The position numbers were made by a program, and so were the translations under genes. The notes below the pieces were generated by a model. That model was not told where the DNA came from. It did not search any database and was given only the letters and a program-made list of their open reading frames with translations. Source: Candidatus Kaiserbacteria bacterium RIFCSPLOWO2_12_FULL_50_10 (lineage in GTDB: Bacteria > Patescibacteriota > Minisyncoccia > Phycocordibacterales > UBA918). From it: 60,381 nucleotides of DNA. Shown here piece by piece: positions 28,781 through 40,200 of the stretch. Each line of letters begins with the position of its first letter. Positions within the stretch are counted from its first letter, which is position 1. The stretch is taken from assembly GCA_001783515.1 (NCBI GenBank), contig MFMN01000004.1, forward strand, positions 1-60,381, written 5' to 3'.

Positions 28781-30331
28781 ATGCATAAAGAAGAAAAACA
28801 GAAATGGTATAAGAATAAGGACCTCACCACAGGTCTTATCTGGTTGGGTCTAGGGCTTATTCTTACAGTTGGGACATTCGTATCGGCTGAATCGGGCGGT
28901 CGTTTTGTTATCGCAATAGGTCCACTTATATACGGCGTTTACCGTTTGTCCAAAGCAAATACTTCATTCGGTATCCGTGCCTTCCATGCGTTTGTCGTCG
29001 TCGCCCTTATCGGCACGCTTGGCTATTTCACGTACGGCGCCATTACCGGCACAAATTCGTACGCGTTTAAACGAGGGCTCGATATAGCCGGTGGTACCCA
29101 GCTTACCTACGTCGCGAATACCGACGGAGTCGACCCTGCAGAAGCAAAAGAACTTATGGATGTCTTGCGCGACGTTATCGAAAAGCGCATCAACGTCTTC
29201 GGTGTTTCTGAACCGCTCGTGTACACCGAAACAGGGAGTAAGCTGTCTGACGGCCCGGCATATCGACTTGTTGTCGAGCTTCCCGGCGTGACGAATATTG
29301 ACGACGCCGTTGCACAAATCGGCGCAACACCGCACCTTGAATTCAAACTCGTCTCACAAGACAAGGATGTTCTCGCTGCACAGCAAAAATTTAACGAAGG
29401 GAAGTACACGGAGCTTACCGAGGAAGAATTTGCCATGCTCGACAAAGTGTTTGCCGTCACGGGACTTACGGGGCGCTATGTCACGAGTGCGCAGGTTGCC
29501 TTCAGCCAAGGGCAAGGCGGACTCAGCGAGCCTGTCGTTAACCTTACCTTCAACGACGAAGGCTCGAAACTTTTTGCAGACATCACGGGCGCACACGTCG
29601 GTGAACAGCTCGCTATTTTCCTTGACGGGCAGCTTCTTTCCGCGCCGACCATTAACGAACAAATCGCCGGTGGCACCGCAGTAGTTTCGGGCAACTTTAC
29701 GCTCCAGGGCGCAAAGGATCTCGCCAATAGCCTTGCCTTTGGTTCACTTCCGATTGCTATCGAACTTGCGTCAACCCAGATTATCGATGCGACACTTGGC
29801 GCGGCAGTTATCAATGACGGCGTACGGGCAGGGCTCATTGGCTTCGGTCTCATCGCGCTTCTTCTGGTGCTCTGGTATCGCGCAACGGGTATTGTGTCGG
29901 TTGCGGCACTCGCGGCATACGTTGCCATTATGCTTGCACTTACTTTGACGATTCCGGTCACGCTCACCGCAGCAGGTATTGCTGGTCTCGTGCTCTCTAT
30001 TGGTATCGCTATTGATGCGAACGTACTTATCTTTGAACGCTTCAAAGAAGAATTCCGTGCGGGTGCCTCGGTGCATGACGCGCTCCAGGTCTCCTTCACG
30101 CGCGCATGGCCGGCAATCCGCGACGGCAACGTCACGACACTCTTCGCTGCGGTGGTGCTCTACTGGTTCGGTACTTCGTTTGTGCAGGGCTTCGCCTTCA
30201 TGCTTATTCTCGGGACGCTCGTGTCCATAGTTTCTGCAATGCTTATCACCCGCGCGTTCGCACGACTCTTGCCAGACATTCACGTGCATGACAAGACGTT
30301 TATCAGTAAGCTCCTTAATATCGGCGCATAA
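28781..30331 (+). CDS. secD: Protein translocase subunit SecD with extra N-terminal TM segments
   Basis: GLDIAGG, RINVFGVSEP, VELPG, IAIDANVLIFERFKEE; start could be 28775 or 28781. Confidence 0.93.
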   Translation: MHKEEKQKWYKNKDLTTGLIWLGLGLILTVGTFVSAESGGRFVIAIGPLIYGVYRLSKANTSFGIRAFHAFVVVALIGTLGYFTYGAITGTNSYAFKRGLDIAGGTQLTYVANTDGVDPAEAKELMDVLRDVIEKRINVFGVSEPLVYTETGSKLSDGPAYRLVVELPGVTNIDDAVAQIGATPHLEFKLVSQDKDVLAAQQKFNEGKYTELTEEEFAMLDKVFAVTGLTGRYVTSAQVAFSQGQGGLSEPVVNLTFNDEGSKLFADITGAHVGEQLAIFLDGQLLSAPTINEQIAGGTAVVSGNFTLQGAKDLANSLAFGSLPIAIELASTQIIDATLGAAVINDGVRAGLIGFGLIALLLVLWYRATGIVSVAALAAYVAIMLALTLTIPVTLTAAGIAGLVLSIGIAIDANVLIFERFKEEFRAGASVHDALQVSFTRAWPAIRDGNVTTLFAAVVLYWFGTSFVQGFAFMLILGTLVSIVSAMLITRAFARLLPDIHVHDKTFISKLLNIGA

Positions 30332-30342
30332 TTTCTTTGTCT

Positions 30343-31296
30343 ATGATTTCTCGTTTTCTCAAACACTATCTCATCGCGTTTGTCGCAATCATGATTGTCT
30401 CTGTCGGCATTCTTGTCGCCTACACTCCTCGCATTGGACTCGAATTTACGGGCGGTGCGCTTACGGAAGTGCGCTACGAAGTGGCACCAAGCCTTGAGGC
30501 ACTCTACGCATTGCTTGATACACTGCCGCTTGCAAAGCCACTCGAAAGCTACGCGCTTCGCGAAACAACGTTTAACGACGGCAAGGCGGGTATTATGCTC
30601 CGCACCCGCGAACTCGTCGAAGCAGAACGTATCGCCATTCATGGCGCGCTCGTCGCCTCTGACGCATCATCAACCGTAACACGCTACACCGCCGTCGGCT
30701 CGGTGGTGGGTCAGGAACTTATCGACAAAGCATGGTGGGCAATCGCGGCGATTATTCTCTCGATTGTGCTCTATGTCGCGTTCGCATTCCGCGGCACGCC
30801 GGGGAACTTCAAGAGCAGTCTCTTTGGTATCGTTACCGTGGCAGTGCTCGTGCATGACCTTGTGGTTCCGAGCGCAGCGCTTGCTATCCTTGGGCAAACT
30901 GCCGGCGCAGAAATCGACACGCTCTTTGTGATTGCGCTCCTCGCCATTCTCGGCTACTCCGTCAATGACACGGTTGTTATCTTTGACCGTGTTCGCGAAG
31001 AGCTCCAGCGCGATGCACAGAAGAAAGTAGCGCGCACTCTTGCAGAAATTGTGGATACCGCAACCAAGCTCACGCTCGGACGTTCACTCAACACCTCAAT
31101 GACGGTTGTCTTCGTGCTTGCAGCACTCTACGTGTTCGGTGCGCCGGTCACGGCAACCTTCTCGCTCATCATGCTTATCGGTGTCCTCGCGGGAACGTAC
31201 TCGTCGATCTTTATCGCCACGCCACTTCTTATTGCGCTCGCACCAAAATTCATGCGTCCACAAGAAGATGACGCAGCGCCTACGCCGAGCGTATGA
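30343..31296 (+). CDS. secF: Protein translocase subunit SecF
   Basis: GLEFTGG, HDLVV, GYSVNDTVVIFDRVRE, GTYSSIFIATP. Confidence 0.95.
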   Translation: MISRFLKHYLIAFVAIMIVSVGILVAYTPRIGLEFTGGALTEVRYEVAPSLEALYALLDTLPLAKPLESYALRETTFNDGKAGIMLRTRELVEAERIAIHGALVASDASSTVTRYTAVGSVVGQELIDKAWWAIAAIILSIVLYVAFAFRGTPGNFKSSLFGIVTVAVLVHDLVVPSAALAILGQTAGAEIDTLFVIALLAILGYSVNDTVVIFDRVREELQRDAQKKVARTLAEIVDTATKLTLGRSLNTSMTVVFVLAALYVFGAPVTATFSLIMLIGVLAGTYSSIFIATPLLIALAPKFMRPQEDDAAPTPSV

Positions 31297-31832
31297 TAAT
31301 CGGCATTACCGGTTCATTCGGCGCAGGGAAGGGCGAGGTGGTTGAATACCTCAAAGCTGCCCACGGATTTTCGCACCACTCAGCAAGCGGATTTATTACC
31401 GAAGAAGTTGTGCGGCGAGAGCTGCCGCTTAATCGTGACAGCATGACGCTTGTTGCGAATGAGCTTCGTGCGCAGCATGGCGCAAGCTATGTTGTCGACA
31501 GTCTCTATGCGCGTGCGCAGGCAGCAGGCGGTAACGTCGTCATCGAAAGTCTTCGTGCGCCTGCCGAAGTTGCCCGCATTCGCGAACTCGGCGGCTTCGT
31601 TATCGGTGTCGACGCTCCCGCGCAGCTTCGCTATGACCGCGCCGTGAAGCGCGGCAGTGAAAAAGACGCTGTTACCTTCGAGTACTTCCTCGCGCAAGAG
31701 AGGCGTGAGCAAAATCCGGGCGACCCCACCAAACAAAACATCTTCGAAGCACTCAAGCTTTCCGACATTGTCATCCAAAACGACGACACTCTCGAAACCC
31801 TCGCAGAAAGAATCGAAGCAGCACTACCCTAG
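31293..31832 (+). CDS. P-loop nucleotide kinase (dephospho-CoA/adenylate kinase-like)
   Basis: IIGITGSFGAGKG Walker A; ATGA overlap with the secF stop. Confidence 0.8.
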   Translation: MIIGITGSFGAGKGEVVEYLKAAHGFSHHSASGFITEEVVRRELPLNRDSMTLVANELRAQHGASYVVDSLYARAQAAGGNVVIESLRAPAEVARIRELGGFVIGVDAPAQLRYDRAVKRGSEKDAVTFEYFLAQERREQNPGDPTKQNIFEALKLSDIVIQNDDTLETLAERIEAALP

Positions 31833-31971
31833 CGGTGGTGTTTTTGTTTCTCTAGAAGAGACGCGGTGGAGTTTTTTATAATCTGTGCTAGACTCGAATT
31901 GGAGCCAGCAACCCTTACAAGGAAGCTGGACGTCCGACGTCTCGTTCTTTCAACCCACTCAGGAGATTCGC

Positions 31972-32236
31972 ATGGAGAAAACCATGGACAACCGCCGTCC
32001 GATCCACGACCGCAAGCCGCGGATCATCACCGCCGCCATCTGATCGCACCGCTTGGTCAAAGGCAGCATCGTTCCATTCGTGCACTACGAGTGGTCTCAC
32101 AACGCGTCCGAAAGGATACCGCAATGTCCGAAATGGCTCTCGCCTGAATCGCCGCGCCCCAATCTCCCGCCTCCTCAAGAGGAGGCGCCCCCCCAACCAA
32201 CACCCATCGGGTGGGCCGCACGACCGTGCGGCTTTT
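31972..32236 (+). pseudogene. Probable decayed small orphan gene with an in-frame TGA at 32041-32043
   Basis: AGGAGA RBS then ATG 31972, 23 codons, TGA, frame stays open to a terminator GCCGCAC..GTGCGGC-TTTTT. Confidence 0.35.
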
Positions 32237-32286
32237 TACGTGTCTCCACACTTTGTATTTTCTGCATCCTGTCGCATAATAGGCGC

Positions 32287-34545
32287 ATGTCAAAACCATA
32301 CATGTTCACGGCGCTCATTGCACTTATGTTCGTGCTTATTGTGAGTATCGTCCTCCGCTACACCGGCGCAGCTGACGTGTCAACATCCGCAGAAATTGAG
32401 AATACCGCACCAACCGTCGATACCATCCGCTTCTCGACAAGCGCATACGGCGCCGACGACCTCTCGACAAGCGGTATTCTCCCGAACATCGGCGCAGACC
32501 GCACCATTCACATCAACGGTCAAATCACCGACCTCAACGGAGAGAGCGACATCGCCTCGTCAACTCTTTCCCTGATGTTCTATCACAGCGCCGCCACAGC
32601 AGGCTGTACCGAGGACAAAAACGACTGCTACTTCGTCGCGACCTGTGATGCGAATTACACGAGCGGCGACGACACACAAATAGCATACGACTGTCCTGTC
32701 TCGCTCGCCTACTGGGTGGATGCGACTGACAGTGCATCAATCTACGAACCAAACACTTGGCTCGCGGATGTCTTCGTTGAGGATGTGGCAGGTTTGGCGA
32801 ATACCAATACCGCAACCATCGAAGTGAACTCACTTCTTGCGCTCAACCTTCCTGATGGCATCGACTACGGTACCCGCGCGCTCGGCGAGCAGTCATCAAG
32901 TACCACGAACGTCGAAACTGTCCTCACGCAGCGCGGCAACACCAAGGCAGACGTCGAAGTTCTCGGCACCACCATGAGCTGTTCCGCACTCGGTACACTA
33001 CCTATCGACGCACAAGCCTGGTCACTCACCGATACTGACTACGCATCAGGAACAACTCTCACTGGTTCTTTTGTGCCGACACTCCGCAACATCAATCTCC
33101 GCACCGACGACGCAAACGAACTCACCGCAAGCCTCTACTGGAACATCGCGATTCCTGCATCAGGCGTGAAGGGAACATGTACAGGTTCGAATACCATCGT
33201 GATTGTGGCGCAGCCGATCGAACAGGCGCTTCTTCTTGACGGTCGTCTTCAGAATGTGCACTACACAACAGGCACTCGTTCAGGCTTTACCGGCAGCACC
33301 GGAAACTTCATTATTGAAGCAGGAGAAACCTACACGTTCTCAATTGGTGGCGTCACGATTGGTACTATTTCCTATGACAGTATCCCGACCGACCGCTTTG
33401 TATTTCTTCAAGACTTGCTCGGGCTCGCGCGCACCAATACAACAGACACAGGACTCGTGAAGCGCGCGCAGTTTATTCAGTCGCTCGCTACAGAAACGAA
33501 CCTCACGGGAGCTACGGTACTCACCATCCCTACAACGGCACATACACGACTCGGGGAACCTATTGACTTTAGCTCCGTCAGCGATGCTACTCTTCAAGCT
33601 AAGATTGACATTGTCCACAGTGGCAGAACACTGCGCACAGCCACGCAGGCACAAGAGCACATGAACGACACCCTTACCTATGAAGGAGTCGCAAGTAGCT
33701 ACACGGTTACTGCGGTACAGGGCGCAAACACGACGATCTCACCAGCAAGTAGAACCGTCGCAAGCGGCAATACGACAAGCTTCACCGTTTCCGCAAACTC
33801 GGGCTACACGCTCTCGGTTTCTGGCTGTGGCGGCACACTCTCAGGCGCAACCTACACAACAGGAGCTATTACTGCAAATTGTACGGTAACAACAAGCGCA
33901 ACAGCGCAAGAGGGCACCATCACCCAGTATGGCACCGTTGCCTACGCGGGTGGTCCGTATGACCAGCTCGGCACCACCAGAAACCAAGGCGGTTATTACC
34001 GAACGGTAACCATCGGTACGCAAACTTGGTTTAAGGAAAACTTGAACCTCGGCACGATGATTACTGGCACCACAAACCAAACCAACAACAGCACTCTCGA
34101 AAAATATTGCTATAGCAATAGCACCACACGATGTGCGAATGATGGCGCGCTCTATCAGTGGAATGAAGCGATGCAATACAGCACAACCGAAGGCGCACAG
34201 GGTATTTGCCCGAACGGTTGGCATATTCCTACCGACGCAGAGTGGAAGACACTCGAAATCTTCCTTGGTATGACGCAGGCGCAAGCAGATGCGACAGGCA
34301 ACCGAGGTACTGACCAAGGTACGAAACTCAAAGTTTCTGGCAGCTCAGGCTTCGACGCCGTTCTTGCAGGCTATCGTGATGGCGCTGGCGCGTTTAACCA
34401 TCAAGCTGCAGGAACACTCATCTGGTCGTCGACAATCTCTGGCGCCAACGCCTGGAGACGAAGTGTCTACACGGGTAATACCACCGTTATTCGCTACACC
34501 GACAGTCAGCAGAACGGCTTCTCCGTCCGTTGTCTCCAAGACTAA
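32287..34545 (+). CDS. Membrane-anchored mosaic surface protein with C-terminal Fibrobacter succinogenes major paralogous (FISUMP) domain
   Basis: N-terminal TM; YRTVTIGTQTWFKENL, GALYQW, QGICPNGWHIPT.AEW, GFSVRCL; CATAAT-N6-ATG. Confidence 0.85.
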   Translation: MSKPYMFTALIALMFVLIVSIVLRYTGAADVSTSAEIENTAPTVDTIRFSTSAYGADDLSTSGILPNIGADRTIHINGQITDLNGESDIASSTLSLMFYHSAATAGCTEDKNDCYFVATCDANYTSGDDTQIAYDCPVSLAYWVDATDSASIYEPNTWLADVFVEDVAGLANTNTATIEVNSLLALNLPDGIDYGTRALGEQSSSTTNVETVLTQRGNTKADVEVLGTTMSCSALGTLPIDAQAWSLTDTDYASGTTLTGSFVPTLRNINLRTDDANELTASLYWNIAIPASGVKGTCTGSNTIVIVAQPIEQALLLDGRLQNVHYTTGTRSGFTGSTGNFIIEAGETYTFSIGGVTIGTISYDSIPTDRFVFLQDLLGLARTNTTDTGLVKRAQFIQSLATETNLTGATVLTIPTTAHTRLGEPIDFSSVSDATLQAKIDIVHSGRTLRTATQAQEHMNDTLTYEGVASSYTVTAVQGANTTISPASRTVASGNTTSFTVSANSGYTLSVSGCGGTLSGATYTTGAITANCTVTTSATAQEGTITQYGTVAYAGGPYDQLGTTRNQGGYYRTVTIGTQTWFKENLNLGTMITGTTNQTNNSTLEKYCYSNSTTRCANDGALYQWNEAMQYSTTEGAQGICPNGWHIPTDAEWKTLEIFLGMTQAQADATGNRGTDQGTKLKVSGSSGFDAVLAGYRDGAGAFNHQAAGTLIWSSTISGANAWRRSVYTGNTTVIRYTDSQQNGFSVRCLQD

Positions 34546-34668
34546 TCATCCCAAAACATCACCGAAAGCGGTGGTGTTTTTTGTGGAAGGGGAGTACAGC
34601 TGCATCCCCTTTGACTTTTCAAAAAGGGAGGAGTACACTTTGCGCTTCGTCAGAGTAACAATATCACC

Positions 34669-36750
34669 ATGATTGAAAGCATTCTTGCCCTTATCCTCAT
34701 GTTTCTCGTTGCATCGGGAACAGGAGTCCTCGCCGAGCGCATTCGCGTTCCGTATACGGTTCTTCTCGTGCCGGTCGGCGTGCTTTTGCTTCTTGCCTCG
34801 CAGATTCCCGCACTGCAGTTTATCGGCTCAATCAAGCTCACGCCGGAGCTTCTCTTTTACGCATTCCTTCCGGTGCTTATTTTTGAGTCCGCGTATAACA
34901 TCAACTGGAAGCAACTCATTCGCAACAAATGGTCAATCACACTCCTCTCGGTCGTGTCGCTCATTGTCTCGACTGCGCTTATTGCCGTTGCCTTTAAGTT
35001 TGGCCTCGAGCTCATCGGTTGGCACATTCCGTGGCAAGTCGTCATCCTCTTCGGCGCGCTTATCTCCGCAACCGACCCAGTGGCCGTACTTGCACTCTTC
35101 AAGGAGTACGGTGCGCCAAAGCGCCTCTCGCTCATTTTTGAAGGCGAATCACTCTTTAACGACGGTACCGCACTCGCGCTCTACCTCGTCCTCATCGCCG
35201 CATTTACGACAACGCACGAAGTATCGCTCCCGGCAATGATTGGAAACGGAAGCCTCCTCTTCGTCTCGATGGTTGTGCTTGGTGGTGCGCTCGGTGCACT
35301 CTTCGGGTTTATCTTCGCAAAGCTCATCGAAAAAATCCGTGACGATTCTTCACTTGAACTCACACTCGCCTTGGTGATGGCGCACGCTACCTTCATTAGT
35401 GCCGAACTCATTTCTCACTGGATGATGCATACCATGCACTGGTCAATCGGTATCTCTCCCGTCATTGCAACAACGTTTGGTGCAATCACCATGGGGAACT
35501 GGGGCCGCTACAAACTTTCGTCACAGGTGCATGAGTTCGTCGAACACACCCTCGGCTACCTCGGCTTCCTCATCAACTCAATCATCTTCATCCTCATCGG
35601 GTTCGTCTTTGTGGATATTATGCACGAGGTTGATATGGCGACACTTCTCGTACCGGGACTTATCGCAATTGCCGTAGTTGTGGTTGCACGCGCACTCTCG
35701 GTCTATCCGCTCATACAACTCTTTAACAAGACAAAGCTCGAGGAGCATATCCCGCTCCAGTGGCAGCACCTCCTCTCGTGGGGCTCGCTCCGTGGCGCGA
35801 TCGCGATTGCTATCATGCTTTCTATCCCGAAGGACTGGGTGCCTGCGGGCTGGGAGTATAGCTTCACGCCACAGGCATTTATCGCCGGCGTCACCATCAT
35901 TTGTATCTACTTCACGCTCTTTATCAAAGCAACAACCATCGGCACTATTCTTGAGCGGTTCCAGCTCACGAAGATGACGGCAATTGAATATGCAGGGTAT
36001 CTCCTCGCGCGTATGCGTATTGCCGACAAGGCGCTCTCAGAATCTGACCGCTTTGTGCGCCGCGGCTACATCGACGACACCATTGCGTCGCATGCACGCA
36101 AAGGCTATGAGCGATGGAAAACACGAGCGATTGCACACATGCAAACCGTGTGCGCAGAATATCCAAAGACGCCAACGCTCGCGCTGCATCTGCATGTTGC
36201 CGGTACGGAATCAAAGATTCTGCATCGCCTCTACCACTATCGCGAAGTGAACGAGCTTGTGTATCGTCGTCTTATTGGCGAAGTGGAAGAGCGTATTCTC
36301 GACCTCGAAGAATCCATTGTTCCTGAAATCACGACGAGTTGCGAACCTGTCTTTACGTGGTTCGACAAGGTAGAGTCGCGCATGAGTCGTCTCGACGAGC
36401 TCCGCAATCACTACCTCTTCGCCCGCGCACGCATCATCGCATCCGACAAGGTTATCATGGCGCTTGAGAACGCACTGCAGGAAAATACGCTCTTTGCCGA
36501 GGCGGATGTGCAAGCACTCCGTGCCGTGTATGAAGCGCGACTTGCCGAGGCTCGGGCACACATGCACTCTCTCGCAGAAAGTGCGCCAGCACTCGTAGAC
36601 GGGCTTCGTCTCGAACATCTCGAAGACGGACTCCTCAAAGCAAAAGAACGCGAACTCGAAGAAATCATCGCCGAAGGCGCCGTCGCGCCAAAGGCCGCAC
36701 TAAAACTCCAAGAACGCATCGCCATCCACCGCGCCCACCGCGAGGGATAA
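34669..36750 (+). CDS. Na+/H+ antiporter, CPA1 family, with C-terminal cytoplasmic domain
   Basis: FLPVLIFES, ISATDPVAV, EGESLFNDG, WGSLRGA. Confidence 0.92.
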   Translation: MIESILALILMFLVASGTGVLAERIRVPYTVLLVPVGVLLLLASQIPALQFIGSIKLTPELLFYAFLPVLIFESAYNINWKQLIRNKWSITLLSVVSLIVSTALIAVAFKFGLELIGWHIPWQVVILFGALISATDPVAVLALFKEYGAPKRLSLIFEGESLFNDGTALALYLVLIAAFTTTHEVSLPAMIGNGSLLFVSMVVLGGALGALFGFIFAKLIEKIRDDSSLELTLALVMAHATFISAELISHWMMHTMHWSIGISPVIATTFGAITMGNWGRYKLSSQVHEFVEHTLGYLGFLINSIIFILIGFVFVDIMHEVDMATLLVPGLIAIAVVVVARALSVYPLIQLFNKTKLEEHIPLQWQHLLSWGSLRGAIAIAIMLSIPKDWVPAGWEYSFTPQAFIAGVTIICIYFTLFIKATTIGTILERFQLTKMTAIEYAGYLLARMRIADKALSESDRFVRRGYIDDTIASHARKGYERWKTRAIAHMQTVCAEYPKTPTLALHLHVAGTESKILHRLYHYREVNELVYRRLIGEVEERILDLEESIVPEITTSCEPVFTWFDKVESRMSRLDELRNHYLFARARIIASDKVIMALENALQENTLFAEADVQALRAVYEARLAEARAHMHSLAESAPALVDGLRLEHLEDGLLKAKERELEEIIAEGAVAPKAALKLQERIAIHRAHREG

Positions 36751-36785
36751 AAAACTATACGTCTCGTTTTCGAGTGAGACACAGA

Positions 36786-36816
36786 AAAATCCCCTCCATT
36801 AATGGAGGGGATTTTT
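36786..36816. terminator. Bidirectional terminator
   Basis: AAAATCCCCTCCATTAATGGAGGGGATTTT perfect palindrome. Confidence 0.8.
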
Positions 36817-36942
36817 CTGAGACCGCGAAGAAAGATTGACAAAAAGGATATACTGTATCCGAACCACCCATCCACAGAAAACTTTATCTTTTCTTTAACT
36901 CGAATAAGTATAATGATGACATTACAAAAAACAACTAAGAAC

Positions 36943-37263
36943 ATGTTACTTACAACCAAAAGAAAAGCAATTATACATACGATGCTCGTAGCAGCCCTTC
37001 TGCTCAGTGTCCCCTCGGTCACAAGCGCCGGCGCAAAACCTATAAATGACGGAAAAGAAAAAGTTTTCAAAATGAAGACTCTCGAAGGGGAAGAGCTACG
37101 TGTGTTCAATGAGAAAAAACGCAAAAAAAGAGAAAAACTCCACCTGCGCTGGGAGCAGCAAGCAGCGGAGATGGAGCTACAGCTTAGTGAGATGCGCGCG
37201 CATAGCGCGGTATCAACTCCAGAGTCGATTATTCGGCGCGAAGAAGTTAAAAATAATCCTTAA
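36943..37263 (+). CDS. Small secreted basic protein, translationally coupled to the giant surface protein
   Basis: Signal peptide ending TSA; TAATG stop/start overlap at 37261-37265; start could be 36913. Confidence 0.65.
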   Translation: MLLTTKRKAIIHTMLVAALLLSVPSVTSAGAKPINDGKEKVFKMKTLEGEELRVFNEKKRKKREKLHLRWEQQAAEMELQLSEMRAHSAVSTPESIIRREEVKNNP

Positions 37264-40200
37264 TGTTTATGAATATTTTTTTCCGCGTGTTCTTATATGT
37301 CTGCATACTAACGGCAGCAGGCGTTGCGCCACTTGCATACGCTGACACCTACGTAAATAGTCCAGTTGTTGAAGATACTTTATGGCCTCTTGAATTTAGC
37401 CCCTATATTGTTGATGACGTGACTATCGTACAAGGTGCAACACTCACTATTGAACCGGGGGTTATTGTAAAAGTTGCAAAAGGGAAGATAGCATTTGATA
37501 TCGAGGGCGAACTCGTTGCAGGATCTTCCACAGAACCGGGACGTGTTGTTATCACCTCGATCAATGACAATACGTTTGGCGGCACCGCTGCGGGAAGTAC
37601 AGGAGCGCCAAAGGCTGAAGACTGGCTCCGTATTGTGGTGAATCAGGGTGCTTCTGCGCAGTTTTACAATACGGACATAAAGTACGGTGCAGGCAAGCTA
37701 GCATACGTGAACACACTTATCTATAACGACGGAGGTTCTGTTGCCGTGAGAAACAGCACACTTGCTTTTGCACCTTCTGGCATTATTGTGCAATATGGGA
37801 CTACTTCATCGCTTGTCCTTGAAGACAGTATAGTAAGCTCTGGTCCCTCGTTTGGGTACAATCCTGTTCATGTGGGCGGAGGAAGCGCTGTTGTTCGAAG
37901 GAATACTATTACTGCAAACGAGGGGGTCGGGTTTTGGGGTAGCTCACTTACATTTGGAGACAATACCTTCTCGGTAAAGTATCACGATCAGGGGAATGCG
38001 CTCTATCATTTTTCATCAACACCTCTCATAAACGAAGGAGGAAACAGCGGGGAAGGGTCAATCCATATTAACTATGGAAAGGGCTGGCAGAACGACTGGT
38101 CTCTTCCGCAGGACGGTCTCTCGTATCATTTTGGTGCAGATATGGTTGTGCCGAGTGGTGTACATGCATCCATTGCGAGCGGAGTACGTGCAAGAGTAGG
38201 CAATAGCATTGTGGTTGCAGGAGAATTGCAGCTTGGTACTCAAGGTGCCTCTGAGGAAGTCCTTTTGACCTCAATGTATGATGATGCTGGCATGGGCCGA
38301 GAATTTTCAAGCAAAGAACCTGCACGAGGGAACTGGCGGGGTATTTCGGTTAGCCCCGGAGGAACACTCAGCGCCTATGCAAGCACCATTAAGTATGCGG
38401 GGAAGGATAAGGATCAGAATATTATAGATGAATGTGAGTATCTTCTCGTTGAATTGGGTGTGACTGATTCACAGTGTGAGGACGAGTATTGGTGGAAAGC
38501 GGCAATTCGCAATGATGGCGGCATGGTATTTCTCGATGATGTTACCGTTGCAGAGAGTGTCACCAACGGGATTCGAACGGAATCAGGGGTGACCGCAATC
38601 ACGTACAGCACCTCAACGGATAATACACTCTCGGGTGTCTTGACAAATGGTGGAGACACAAACGTTGCTTACTCGTCGCTTGTGAATAACGGTCGGTATG
38701 CCATAGAAAACACCGACGAAACATCCGCGCTCGTAGCGACAGATAACTGGTATGGTGACAGCAGTGGACCATATGAACCTTCCGCGAACCCCTCAGGAAC
38801 GGGTGCTGAAGTAAGTCAAAACGTGAGTTACAACCCTTGGCTGAGCGAGCCTGCTCCGTATGGTTACACATCGGGAGGTGGAGGAGGTTCATCAGGCGAA
38901 GACTCTGAGATGATTACTCTGGAGGAAGACACCACTTGGTCTCTCGCAGAAAGCCCGTATGTACTCAGCAGCGATGTGCTTATTGCCGAAGGCGCAACAC
39001 TCACCATTGAGCCCGGTGTTGTTGTTAAGAGTGCTCGGAAGCAGGACGGGTCGCTCAGCGGTTTGTATGTATACGGAACACTTCAAGCTATCGGCTCTGA
39101 GCAAGATAAAATCTACTTTACTTCAGCACAGGACGACCTCGGAGGCGATTCAAATGATGACGGAGCAGAATCATCTCCAAGTGCTGGAGACTGGCTTGGT
39201 ATTGAGCTGTATGAAAATGGGGTGGCGCAGCTTGCGTATACGCACGTACAGTATGCAGGCGTAGGAATTTCTCTGTATGCAAGCACCACAAGCACCATTG
39301 CAAGCAGCACCTTTCGAGCAAATGAATCCAGCGGACTTGAGCACTATGAGGGTGTCACGAATATCTCACATTCAAATTTCCTCGACAATGGAACATTCGG
39401 CATACATGCCAGTGGACAAGGTGTCGTAAATGTGACAGGCAGCACCTTCGCAAACAACACCAACGGAACGCTTGATATTGATACGTTAAGCGCTGTGCAA
39501 GTGAATGAATCAGGAAATATCGGTCTAAACGTGCCAACATTCGTGACTGAGTACACCATTGCAACAAGCACTGTATGGACCGCAGCACATAGCCCTTATG
39601 TGCTCACAGAAAGTCTTACAATTAACCAAAATGCTACACTTACCATAGAACCAGGCGTAATCGTTAAAAATGGACTTGATCACACTATTGACATCTATGG
39701 CACACTGAACGCGGTTGGCACATCAGATAACAAAATCTATTTCACATCGCTAGAAGATGATATTGGTGGAGATACAAATAACGACAGCAATCAAACACTG
39801 CCTGCGCCAGGACAGTGGGGTGGCATTACAGTGAATTATTCTGGAATATTAAGAATAATTGATGCTGAGGTCAGCTATGCCGATGTTGGTATTGCTCAAC
39901 ACGGTAGTTCTACTATTTCAGACAATATCATTAGATCAGCATCTAATATGGGTATTATCCATGAATCTGGGACAACAACTATATCTGGCACGAGTATAGT
40001 CGGAGAGAGTGTGAGTGACATGGTTGCTTTGGGGGAAGGAGAGATTCGTATTAATTCCGATTTCTATAATAATGGTGAGTTTGGTTTTTCAACATCTATA
40101 AGTAATATAAATACTGACCTTAAGGCATACTTAGTTGATGATAGTGATGTAATTTTGGCAGAAATTCTAGGAGGTGTAGTTACAAATGATATGGTTCTCC

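Noticed and set aside
32041..32043. TGA recoding (alternative genetic code)
   Set aside because: rodA and secF end at TGA at their expected C-termini, and long core genes are uninterrupted, consistent with code 11.
32053..32286. Extended N-termini from the ORF track (also 542, 7118, 9799, 19316, 23776)
   Set aside because: The extensions cross promoters, terminators or the upstream gene; downstream ATGs fit family N-termini and, in most cases, the TAnnnT-N6-ATG pattern.
34587..34640. Na+/Li+ riboswitch upstream of the antiporter
   Set aside because: Only a short AAGGGGA/TCCCCTT hairpin and a repeated GGAGTACA are present; no match to riboswitch consensus that I can support without an Rfam scan.
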